NCBI RefSeq assembly: GCF_000143415.4 | Contig: NW_003314366.1 | Span: 124,001 to 188,000 of the forward strand | Origin: Selaginella moellendorffii | Lineage: Eukaryota > Plantae > Lycopodiophyta | Direction of reading: 5' to 3' | DNA: 64,000 bases | In this document: positions 14,035 to 24,594 of the stretch, in pieces | Layout of the letters: each line of letters starts with the position of its first letter | Position numbering within the stretch: the stretch's first letter is position 1 | Translations under genes and position numbers: made by a program | Notes under the pieces: model-generated | What the model was told of the DNA's origin: nothing | Databases searched by the model: none | Seen by the model: only the letters and a program-made list of their open reading frames with translations

Positions 14035-15934
14035 ATGGCATCATCTGCCGTGCTGGGCTTGGCGGGATTCTTTTCTTTCTCCGCGATTTTTATGGCGCTA
14101 TGGCACATCGTGATGCATTTTTTCAACTACACGGAGCCTACATTCCAGCGCTACACTGTGCGAATCGTCTTCATGGTCCCAGTAAGTGGCTCCTTCCCAA
14201 TTTGCCTCCAAATCTCGACAAATTCCCGGCTGCCAGATCTTCGCGTTGATGTCCTTTCTATGCATTTTATATCAAGAGTACGCTGTCTACTTCGATTCTG
14301 TGTGTCAAATGTGGGTAAAAATTCTTCTTTTTTGCGAGACTGAATAGGAAATTTTTCCTTCTTTGTTCTTGGTGGTGTTTCTCTTATGCAGATACGAGGC
14401 CTTTGTCATCTATAATTTTCTTTCTTTGTGCCTTGCTTGGGTTGGCGGGCCTGGCTCTGTCGTCCAGAGCTTGCAGGGACGAATGCTCAAGCCGTCGTGG
14501 CATCTCATGACTTGCTGCATGGATCCTATCCCCCTTGACGGGTTCGTGCTTGGCCTTCTCCTCAAATTCGGACGACTCAAACACTGTAAGGATCAGCACC
14601 GCAAAAGAAAAACAAGAACAAGTTGTTTCCTTTGCTGATGAGTGCGCTTGTGATTGCTTTGCAGGGTGTTTATCCGGAGGTGCAAGCAAGGTGGTATCCA
14701 GTTCGTGATCATCAAGCCGCTGCTGGTCGCCGCCACCTTCATCCTTTATGCGCTCGATCTCTACGACGATGGAAACTTCAGCGTCACGTCGGGCTATCTC
14801 TACATCACGCTCATCTACACCGTTTCCTACTCGGTTGCGCTGTACGTGCTCGTTTTGTTCTACGTTGCCTGTGCTGATCTCTTGAGGCCTTACAAAGCTC
14901 TCCCAAAGTTTATCATCATCAAATCGGTGGTCTTTCTCACGTACTGGCAGGTACTTAATCCTTCCCTTCTCGTTTCATTGTTGTGATGTTCCTCGATTTG
15001 CGTAGGGAGTGGGAGTTTATATTGTCGCGAAGATGGGATATATAAAAACTGCAGACGAGGCCGAGATCGTCCAGAACTTCTTGGTGTGCTTTGAGATGCT
15101 GATAGCGGCAATGGGGCACGTCTACGCGTTTCCATACAAGCAGTACGCCGAAGCCAACGTCGGAGGCTCCGGGAACTTAAGTTTTTGGGCCAGTCTCAGC
15201 CATGCTCTCAGCTTGAACGACGTTGTCCACGACACACTCCATCAGGTAAAAATTCTCAAGGTCTTGTTTTCTCATCGAAAGGCAAAGCTCTTGTCTTGCA
15301 GTTTGCTCCAACTTATCACGACTACGTGCTCTACAGCGATGGAAGCCAAGAGGCTCCAATGAGATACCGAGCACGGACGTTCGTTCCCACAGGCCAAGAG
15401 ATGGACACGCTTCGCAGGCACAGCAAGATGTTTGGAGCTGGAACAATCGATCCAGCCTCGGCCTCCACTCTTGGCCTTGGCGGCGCCTCTTTCGGCAGCG
15501 CCGCCTTCTCTCGCGCGTCCTTCATTAGTCAAGGTGGCTCTTTGAGTGGCGAGGCCGGAAGGAGGAAGACTCAAGCTCGTCCCTCTCCACAGTCGTCACT
15601 CTCGGGCTTTGGAAACTTTCCCAACGATCCACAGCAGCCGCAGCAGCAGCCTCATTCCTTCGAGGCAGCTTTGTTCAAGGCCGCGCTACCGCCGCTTCCC
15701 AACAGGCAGCCATCCATGGGCTCCATTCTCCACATTAGAAGCCCCGTGGAGAGCAGGAACTCCAGCTTAATCGATAGCAGGCGTAGCAGTAGGCGAAGTA
15801 GCGCTGGCGACGATGCGATGGAGACATCGCTCCTCGCTCCTGGGAGGAGAAAATCGTCTCATGGAGCTCTCCTGGACGAGATCGACATCCATGGCGAGGA
15901 GGATCAATACGATGAAGGCTACATCCAGAGGTAG
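14035..15934 (+). CDS. TMEM184/OST-alpha (DUF300) membrane protein, LAZ1-homologue type
   Basis: HFFNYTEPTFQRYTVRIVFMVP, YEAFVIYNFLSLCLAWVGG, KFIIIKSVVFLTYWQ, QNFLVCFEMLIAAMGHVYAFPY and DVVHDTLHQFAPTYHDYVLY. Confidence 0.92.
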
Positions 15935-16086
15935 ACGAAGGCTCCCCGATCGGACGGTCCAGAGCTCGGCCATCGGACGGTCGAGATTTTGTGTTCGGAC
16001 ATACTTTTTCTTTTTCGAATTTGACGGCTGTGGATCCATGTTATGTGCTTGAGGTTTTTTCTTATTCTCGTTTAGCGCTAGGATCT

Positions 16087-18106
16087 ATGGCGTCATCGAT
16101 CGGAGGAAAGGATGCCAGGAAGATCAAGGGCGGCGGCGCTGGCGGCGCCAAGGCCTCATCGTTTGGCACAGTCGCGGGGCATTCGGCGTCCGTAACTTAC
16201 GTCTCGATGCTCGGATTGCTTCTCTTCTGCCCGCCTTTTGTGATCGTTCTGTGAGTATTCCCTTCGCATTGATTCGCGGCCATGAAATCCTCGCTCTGGA
16301 TCAGATGGTACACGCTGGTGCACGGGCATGGCGCTGTGTCGAGCTTCTGGGATCTCGCGCAGGCCAAGGGATTTCAGGCGCTCGTGGAGATCTGGCCGAG
16401 GCCGACGCTCACAGCATGCAAGATCATCGCAGCGTTTGGATTGTTTGAAGCGTTTTTGCTGCTGGCATTGCCTGGCAAGAAGTTTATAGGGCCCGTGTCT
16501 CCATCTGGAAATCGTCCAGTCTACAAGGTACGCTCTCTCTCTACTAGAACAAAGATCTTGAGGACATTGTGAAAACCTTGGCAGGCCAATGGCATGGCGG
16601 CGTATGTGACGACTTTGCTGGTATACACGGCAATGTGGAGGTATGTCGTGCATAGATTTCTTCCTCGTTTTTCCAGACTCTGAGTGAGCTCTTTGTTTAG
16701 ATTTGGATGGTTCAATCCAGCTCTTGTCTACGATCACCTCGGAGAGATCTTTTCTACTCTCATTTTTGGCAGCATAGTTTTTTGTGTTCTTCTCTATATC
16801 AAGGCAAGGCAAGTCTGTGCGACTGACCATACGAACTTTGACGCAATTCTGTGCAGGGTCACGTTGCACCTTCGTCGTCTGACTCTGGATCAACCGGAAA
16901 CTTCATAGCAGACTTTTACTGGGTAAACAAATCGCCAATGCTACTTATCTTATCTTGTTGACACGCTTTGCACAGGGTATGGAACTGTATCCCCGAATCG
17001 GAAGCTCGTTTGACATCAAGACGTTCACAAACTGTCGCTTTGGGATGATGTCGTGGGCTGTTTTGGCCATCACGTACTGCATCAAGCAGCATGAGTTATA
17101 TGGCAAAGTCTCGGACTCAATGCTCGTCAGTACGTGCCTCATGCTGGTGTACATCACAAAGTTTTTCTGGTGGGAATCGGGTTACTGGTGCACCATGGAC
17201 ATCGCACACGATCGCGGTATGATAGTTCACTTCGATAGGAACTTTTTGCGATCCAAGAACTAACGCGCTATACACGATTGTATGCTGTAGCTGGGTTTTA
17301 CATATGCTGGGGGTGTCTCGTCTGGGTTCCATCAGTTTATACTTCTCCAGCTTTGTATCTCGTTCGTCATCCCAATGAGCTTGGTACACAGGTATCGTAT
17401 ATGTGTTTTATGGACTGCTCAAAGGCACTCACGCTGTTTTGTTTGCTATCTAGCTTGCTCTGGCCATTTTGGTTGCAGGCCTTGCCTGTATCTATATAAA
17501 CTACGACTGTGATCGCCAACGCCAGCATTTCCGAAGCACCAACGGAAAATGTACAATATGGGGGAAAGCACCAGGCAAGGTACACTTTGAAACAAAATAA
17601 CAAATCTATCGGGTAGCTTATTAGCTCGGTGGATTTTGTAGATCGAGGCCACTTACGTGACCGAAAAGGGAGAGACAAAGAAGAGCTTGCTTTTAACTTC
17701 CGGCTGGTAAGCATGACACTCTATGAAGAATCGAAATTTTAACTTTGAATTTGCAGGTGGGGGCTCGCACGCCACTTCCACTACGTCCCGGAAATATCCG
17801 CGGCCTTCTTTTGGTCTGTGCCTGCTCTCTTCGAACACGTAAGAACGTTTTCTGATCATATATGCCATGCAAGACTAACCTCGAGGTTTTTGGATTTTCA
17901 GTTCCTTCCATACTTTTATGTTGTTTTTCTCACAATTTTGCTCCTGGACCGAGCCGTCCGCGACGATCAAAGATGCCGGACGAAGTAAGATCTCGCACTT
18001 CATTTCGTTCACGCTCTCACACATTTTTTCTTATCCAAGGTACAAAAAATTCTGGGACCTGTATTGCCGAGAAGTTCCTTACAAGGTACTCCCTGGCGTG
18101 TACTAA
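16087..18106 (+). CDS. DWF5: Sterol delta-7 reductase (7-dehydrocholesterol reductase)
   Basis: ERG4/ERG24-family motifs DFYWGMELYPRIG, TNCRFGMMSW, YWCTMDIAHDRAGFY, LLTSGWWGLARHFHYVPE and YKKFWDLYCREVPYKVLPGVY*. Confidence 0.95.
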
Positions 18107-18161
18107 GTTAAGTTGTTCCATTTCTTCTTGGTTCATGGGGAAAAAACTATTGTCTTGGAGT

Positions 18162-18800
18162 TCATAGCTGATGGTACGCGTGAAACCTTGCACAGAGCTT
18201 CCTAAGAACTCCTTGAGAATGCTGCATGGTGTTGAGCTTTGTGTCTCTCGCCATTGCCTGCGATTAAGAGAAAGAGAGAGAAATGCTAAGTGATCGATCC
18301 AAAGTTGTTCGTTCGATCTCACCTCGAAGTCGTTCCCATACTGTTTGATGAGCCGCGCGATATGGACTCTCTGCATCTTTGTGAGGCGCTGCAAGCCAGC
18401 ATTCTTCCCATCCCTTCGTTTCTTGCCAAGGGCAGAGCGAACATCTATAAAAGAAGCTCTCAAAATCAAATTTTTCTTCTCTTTGGAAGAGGCCCTCACC
18501 GTCGGTCTCGAGCGATTCCATCACAGCATCGGTCAGTGGCAAGTCGTGAGACTGGAGACGATTTGGATCGGCAAGAATGCCCGCCGATTTGTAGCTCGCC
18601 GTCACGGTCTTCTCATCGAGCTTAAGTCTGCGAATCAAAGCAATCGATCCTTCGATCCCAAGGCTGGAAGAAAACAAAACTCACATTTCTTGCGAGCCGG
18701 GGATGGCAACATCCTGCGCTTGCGGCTTCTTGGGCTTCTTTGGCACTCGAACGCGCACTTTGGGCCTGTTCTTCCGGTACTTGGCTCTCGATCTCGCCAT
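18162..18800 (-). CDS. NOP16: Ribosome biogenesis protein Nop16
   Basis: MARSRAKYRKNRPKVRVRVPKK start; LDEKTVTASYKSAGILADPN; LIKQYGNDFE/AMARDTKLNTMQHS; stop at 18162-18164. Confidence 0.88.
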
Positions 18801-18936
18801 AAACCCTAGACGAAGAAGCCGACGTGGCAAGCCCTAAACTTTAATTCTGACGTGGCGGGTAAGCCAAAGTCCACGTGGCAGAAGATACGCCTTGAAATGA
18901 AATATCGCGGCGTGAGTAGGACTAGGGCTAGCGGTG
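18801..18936. promoter_or_regulatory. 136-bp bidirectional promoter between NOP16 and GUN1, with a telo-box and three ACGTGGC (G-box/ABRE) elements
   Basis: AAACCCTA at 18801; GACGTGGC at 18821 and 18849; CCACGTGGC at 18871. Divergent ATGs at 18800 and 18937. Confidence 0.7.
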
Positions 18937-21765
18937 ATGTCAGCATCTTCTTCGTCGCTGAGCACTGCGCAGGGCAGTGCGGCAAATCCCAATGGACCTC
19001 AGCCCTCCTCCTCGCGCGGATCCTGGTCCTCGTCCCATCCACTGGACCGCTCCTCCCCGGCCGCCGGTAAGATCCTCCGCGCCGCCCACGAAGAATTCGC
19101 CCCGCGCCGCCGCAATCGCCTCTCGCTCGCCGGGGGGCGCCACGAGAGCCCCCCCTGGGCGACGAGCGCCATCTCTGGAGCTGGCCTTGATGCCGCCGCG
19201 AGCTGGCGATGCCCTGCGGGCGCCTCCGCCATGACCGCCACCGCCGCCGCCGCCGCCGCCTCTACCGCCGCCGCTCGGCCGCCATCGCTGGGCACGGATT
19301 TCTGCGGCCGCAAATCCACCCGCCTCGTCTCCAAGCTCTCGCATCTGGGCCGACCTAGCAGCGCTCCAGGCAAGCCGATCAAGCCCGTGCTCTCCTCCGC
19401 CGTGAAACACATGATCAAGTCGCCATCGCCATCGCTCATGCCTGCATTGCTGGACCAAGTCTCGGCGCATCTCCTCGGCCCCGACGATCTCCCATTCATC
19501 GTCCGCGAGCTCGGCCACTCGGGGCAGTGGGAGAAGGTGGTCAAGAGCTTCGACTGGATGGTCCTCCAGCAGAATCTCCGCAGCCAGTGGGACAAGGTGA
19601 CGAGCACGATCATCAGCTCGCTCGGGCGGCTTGGGCGGTCCGATTGGGCGCAGTTGATCTTCGATCGGGCAGTCGGCGCTGGGTTTGGCAACAACGTGTT
19701 CGTCTACTCGTCCTTGATCTGCGCCTATGGCCGCAGCGGCAAGCTGGCCAAGGCGGTGGAGATTTTCGAGGCCATGAAAGTGGTTTGCAAGCCCAACCTC
19801 GTCGTCTACAACGCCGTGATCGACGCGTGCAGCAAAGGTGGCGACTACCCGACAGCGCTCCGGATCTTTCGAGAGATGCTGGAGCAGGGAATGTCCCCCG
19901 ACAGGATCACTTTCAACACGCTCATCTCCGCCGCCGGGCGAGCCAATCGCTGGGAGGAATGCGACCGGATCTTCGCGGAGATGGAGGAGCGCGGCATCGC
20001 TCGGGACGACGTGACTTACAACACGCTCATCGCGACGTACTGCCGCGGTGGACAGATGCATCTCGGCGCTGCGCTCATGGAGACCATGGCCAAGAGCTCC
20101 GGCATCGAGCCCAGCGTCATCACTTACAGCACCATGATCGATGGATATGCCAAGCTCGGCCTCGCTCACGAAGCCATCGCGCTCTTTCAAGAGATGCGCA
20201 ACCAAAACGTGGAGCCCGACGGGATTTGCTACAACACCATGGTCGACATCCACGCTCGTCTTGGCAACTTTGACGAGGCCCACAGCATCCGGCGGGCGAT
20301 GGAGGAGGCTGGCTTCGCCAAGGACATCGTCACCTACAACGCGCTGCTCGATTCCTACGGCAAGCAAGGCAAGTTTCGCGAGGCCATGTCGCTGCTCGAG
20401 GAGATGAAGCAGCGCGGGGCCTCTCCAAACATTCTCACGTACTCGGCGCTCATCGATGCCTATTGCAAGCATGGATTCCACCGCGACGCCATGGCTTTGT
20501 TCCAGGACGTGAAGAAGGCCGGGCTCCAGCCCGACGTTGTGCTCTACAGCACGCTCGTCGATGGCTGCTGTAAGAATGGATCGCCGGACGAAGCTCTGGC
20601 TTTGCTCGAGGAGATGGCGGACAATGGCATTCGTCCCAATGTTATTACTTACAACTCGCTGCTGGATGCCTATGGAAGGCAGTGCCTCATGGTACGTAAA
20701 AACTTTCCAAAACTTCGATTTTTTCTTCTTCCAAGAGTGACGATGCTTTTAAAACCCAGTGTTGATTGTGTTTGTAGATGCAAGACGATCAACAGTCTCT
20801 TGTGGATCCCAAACAGAAGCAAGCTCTCGTGCTTGCTGCTGCGAGGGTGTTCCGGGAGATGGCAAAAAACGGTGTCAAGCCCAACGTAGTGACGTTTTCG
20901 TCCATCCTCAACGCTTGCAGGTACTTCAATTCTTTTATACGTACAAAAAATATTCAATTTTTCCTTTTTTTTTTTTTTTTTTTTTGCATGATACAGCCAT
21001 TGTGCATCGGTGGAGGATGCATCCAGTTTATTAGAGGCCATGAGAGTTTTCGACGGTCGAGTGTATGGAGTTACACACGGCTTGCTCATGGGCTTTAGGA
21101 TTCGAGTGTGGAGAGACGCCGAGACGTTGTTTAACGAGCTAACGACGCTAGGACACAACACAGCCGTGGCATTCTACAACGCACTAACAGATGTCTTGTG
21201 GCACTTCGAGCAGGCGAGTTTCTTCTTTGGATTTAAATCCTGAAAGTCACATTTTTTTTTTTTTTTCTTTTGTTCAGAGGAACAGTGCTCAAAGAGTCGT
21301 AGAGGCAGCCAAGGACCGGCATGTTTGGGACAAAGCATGGTGGCATTCCGAGCAGCAGTTTTTTCTCGACTTGCACTTCATGTCGGTTGGCTCGGCACAG
21401 GCCATGCTTCACTTGTGGTTGCTCTACATCCGAAAGTTTTTGTGCCAGAGACGATCGGTGCTGCCAAAGTATATGAGGTAACTTTCAGCGTCCTTTCTTT
21501 CGTGTCATTCAAGATCTAAGCTCTCCTCGGCCGGCCTGGTTTTCATGGCAGCATCCTGACGGGCTGGGGAAAGCACAGCAAAGTTCCTGGCGAGAGCGCC
21601 GTCAAGCGAGCAGTAGAAGCACATCTCTTGGAGATGAATTCGCCGTTTCACGTATGGGGAAACAACGAAGGACGGCTTGTGTGTGCTGGCTACCAAGTCC
21701 AAGGCTGGCTCATGGACACGAGAACTCAGAGACATCTCCGGCTGTGCGACGTCCGAGGCGACTAA
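18937..21765 (+). CDS. GUN1: Plastid P-class PPR-SMR protein, GENOMES UNCOUPLED 1 orthologue
   Basis: About 10 P-type PPR motifs collinear with GUN1 ([10 protein letters not shown]...[20 protein letters not shown]); [13 protein letters not shown]; SMR domain [19 protein letters not shown]...[12 protein letters not shown]. Confidence 0.9.
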
Positions 21766-22069
21766 TCGTTTCTTCTCGTTTTCTAACAAGCCAGATTTTT
21801 ACTCGGCACGCAAGAACCAACCAACACGCAAGGATTGTAAGTAAGTTATGATGTACTTAAATCTCTCTTGGCAGTTTTCTAGGAATGTTAACGAAGCAAA
21901 AAGAGTGATTCCACTCGCGAATCCAAATATTCCAGAGTTTATACTCTTTGGACAATCCCCTCCCACGCAGGAACGACAAATCACAGGTCCAAGTACGTAT
22001 AGGTTCGATCACACTCCACAGTATTTTCCAAAGTAGTCTCGTTGTTTCATCGTTTTCTTTCGTGCTGCA

Positions 22070-22760
22070 ATGGCGTTTGCTTGTGCTGCCTTGCTACTCC
22101 TATCTCTTAAATTCAGCACTTCGGCATTCGGCATCGATCCAACTTCCGGTTTTGTCGAGCGGCCAGTTTCCTACGTGATCCAGAAGCCGTATGATCTCAA
22201 AGTCTCTGATCGCTACAGCTTCAGCAATGGCATCCACAAACTGTGGGTCTACACTTCGGACAAGCCCCACAGCTCTGATAGTGACACGATGCCAAGAACC
22301 GAGCTCCGGTTTCTAGTAAGTTGGTCGACATGATCTTCTCGAATTCTCTCATTGTTTTTCATAGAGACCAGAGTACTTGGACGGGGTCTGGCAATTCGAA
22401 GGGGACTTTTACGTTCCCTCGGGCACAAAGGGTGCCTGTGTGATGCAAGTGTTTGGGGGAAAGAGCGCTGCCACTGCGCTCCAAGTTCGGCTCGACGGGC
22501 ATGGAGATTTAGTTCGAAGTGGAGCCGACTTGCCACACTCGACCTTGGCGACGGATGTCTATAACAGATGGATCCATCTCAATGTTATCCACGACGCGGA
22601 CAATATGATGCTTAGCATCTATCTGGATGGAAAGCTCAAGCACTGGGAAGTGAACGAGAGCCGCAAGACGCACTACTTCAAGTGTGGAGTGTATGCACAG
22701 TCCAACGCTAGCGAGTACATGGAATCCAGGTGGAAGAATATCAAGATCTGGAAGCTATGA
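22070..22760 (+). CDS. Secreted alginate-lyase-2 (PL7-fold) / citrate-binding protein
   Basis: Signal peptide; IQKPYDLKVSDRYSF, PRTELR, MQVFGG, WIHLNVIHD, YFKCGVY and MESRWKNIKIW; one intron. Confidence 0.9.
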
Positions 22761-22947
22761 ACTTTGTTCTAAGTGATAAGGACAAAAGAAACATTCTCTG
22801 ATTGTAAAGTTGCCAATAAAAACATGATCCGTTCTTAGTAAAGTTGCACCGAAGAACACGATCTCAAGTTTATAGGAATTGAATATCAAATCTGGAAACT
22901 TACCCCAATCTAATGTCATATCGAAAAGAATTATCTTAGAATCCTTT

Positions 22948-24043
22948 CTATGTATCTTCGACTTGCGAATGGAATACAAAACTTGGAAACGTAGTCGTAA
23001 TGTCCCTGATCATAACAAAGCGGCATCTTGCGTTGGAAGGGGAGATCATGAGAAAATCATTCTTACTTCAAGTAGAGGAGGCTCATGTTCTTGAGCAAAG
23101 AGGGGTGCTTCTGTACAAGGTTGCTCCACTCCTCTTCGTCAATCATGCCGTCCCTTTTGGTATCCGCTTCCTCGAACGTCTACAACGCTTAAGCCAGGTA
23201 ACGCTATGAGTGTCGAGCATGTAAAGTTTCTGCTCTACAGAGACAAAGAAGCGTGAGGCATTACCTTATCTATTATGTTCTCCACGACCTCGTCCGATAG
23301 ATTCATACCGGACTCCGCTAACGTCGCTACTACCATTCGTTTCACCTGCGAGGCAAACCAAAGAATGGTTTCCAGACTAGAAGAGAAACCATAGAAATAC
23401 TTACCTCGCCCCGATCGATGTAGCCTTGGTGCTTAAAATCGTACAAACGAAACGCAACTATCGGAGTGTTACATGAGAACCTCAGCGACTTTGACGAACT
23501 CAAACTTACATGCGACTTTGTCTTGCATGGGAGCATTTGGATGGAACACAGAGAGAGCCCGTGCAAACTCTCCAAAATCGAGAACATTGTTCTTCTTGAC
23601 GTTGAAAAGATCAAACACCTGGAACGCAAACGTAAGTCAGTCCACAGTCCAGTGGTTCTTTCCTCTGCTTGCCCGATCTGCAAATATGCTTTCTTTCCTG
23701 CTGCTCTTGAATAGAGCAAGCTTGAATTCCTCCTGATTGGAGAAGTATTCTCAGATACCTCGAAGAAGAATTGAGAGAGAGCCTCTTACCCTGTTGATCA
23801 CACCATCGTCTACCACACCGCAGCTTATCTTCTTGAAGAGCTCATACAGCGCTTCCACTTCGCTGACGCTAACTGGAATGGAAGCCCCCGTAAGAATCGA
23901 GCCAAATGCCGGCACTTACAATTGGTATCCCGTGCAATCGACTCGGAATCCTCCCTCTCCACGCGCTTGTGCTCGAAGCATCGCGACAGCAGCGCTAGTA
24001 CGTGCTGAATTCCCGAGTAGAAATGCTCTAGGCATGGCCACAT
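22948..24043 (-). CDS. CBL: Calcineurin B-like Ca2+ sensor (CBL2/3, tonoplast type)
   Basis: [30 protein letters not shown] and [16 protein letters not shown]-hands; C-terminus [18 protein letters not shown]; N-terminus MWPCLEHF. Confidence 0.93.
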
Positions 24044-24138
24044 CGCGACGCAACCTAGCGCCCTCGCCTCGCTCCATCCATAATTCCCTAAAACCCTAGG
24101 CAGAGAGATTAAAGGGATTTCTCTAGACGACCTAGGGC

Positions 24139-24374
24139 ATGGCCTCTCCGCCGCTGCGCAAGGTGCTACTCTACTCCGCCGGGTGAGCTCTCTTTCCCTT
24201 GATCGCGCATTTCCAATCGATGATCGATGCGCACCTGCATTGCACAGGATCGTCGTCCTGGTCGCGACCACTTACGATGTTCACCGCTATGTCAAGGCGA
24301 ATGAGAAGCCGCCGAGCATGGAAGACAAGGCCGCATTTGCCGCAGCGTTAGAGGCGGCGCGGCGCAAAACCTGA
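24139..24374 (+). CDS. Two-exon ~56-aa single-TM microprotein of unknown function
   Basis: Canonical GTGAG..CAG intron at 24183-24248 gives MASPPLRKVLLYSAGIVVLVATTYDVHRYVKANEKPPSMEDKAAFAAALEAARRKT*. Telo-box upstream. Confidence 0.7.
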
Positions 24375-24594
24375 GCTTGAGGCCTCGATTTCTGGGATTT
24401 CTTCCTTACATCCATGGCTGCCAAAATCTTGTGGTAGAGTTTTCTTTCCTTTCTATCTTTCTCATCTATCCTACTGTGTGTGTAGGCTATGTGATCGCAA
24501 GCTGCTCCAATATCTTCGTGGATCGAAGCTCTACCATGCGTGAGTTTTCCGCTATTTCGGCTTGGCATTCTTCAAGCTATAGCTTGAATGGCCA

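Noticed and set aside
18940-20481. 513-aa antisense ORF over GUN1 (and similar antisense ORFs over VTL and the PPR genes)
   Set aside because: Expected by-product of high GC3 codon bias; no recognisable domain.
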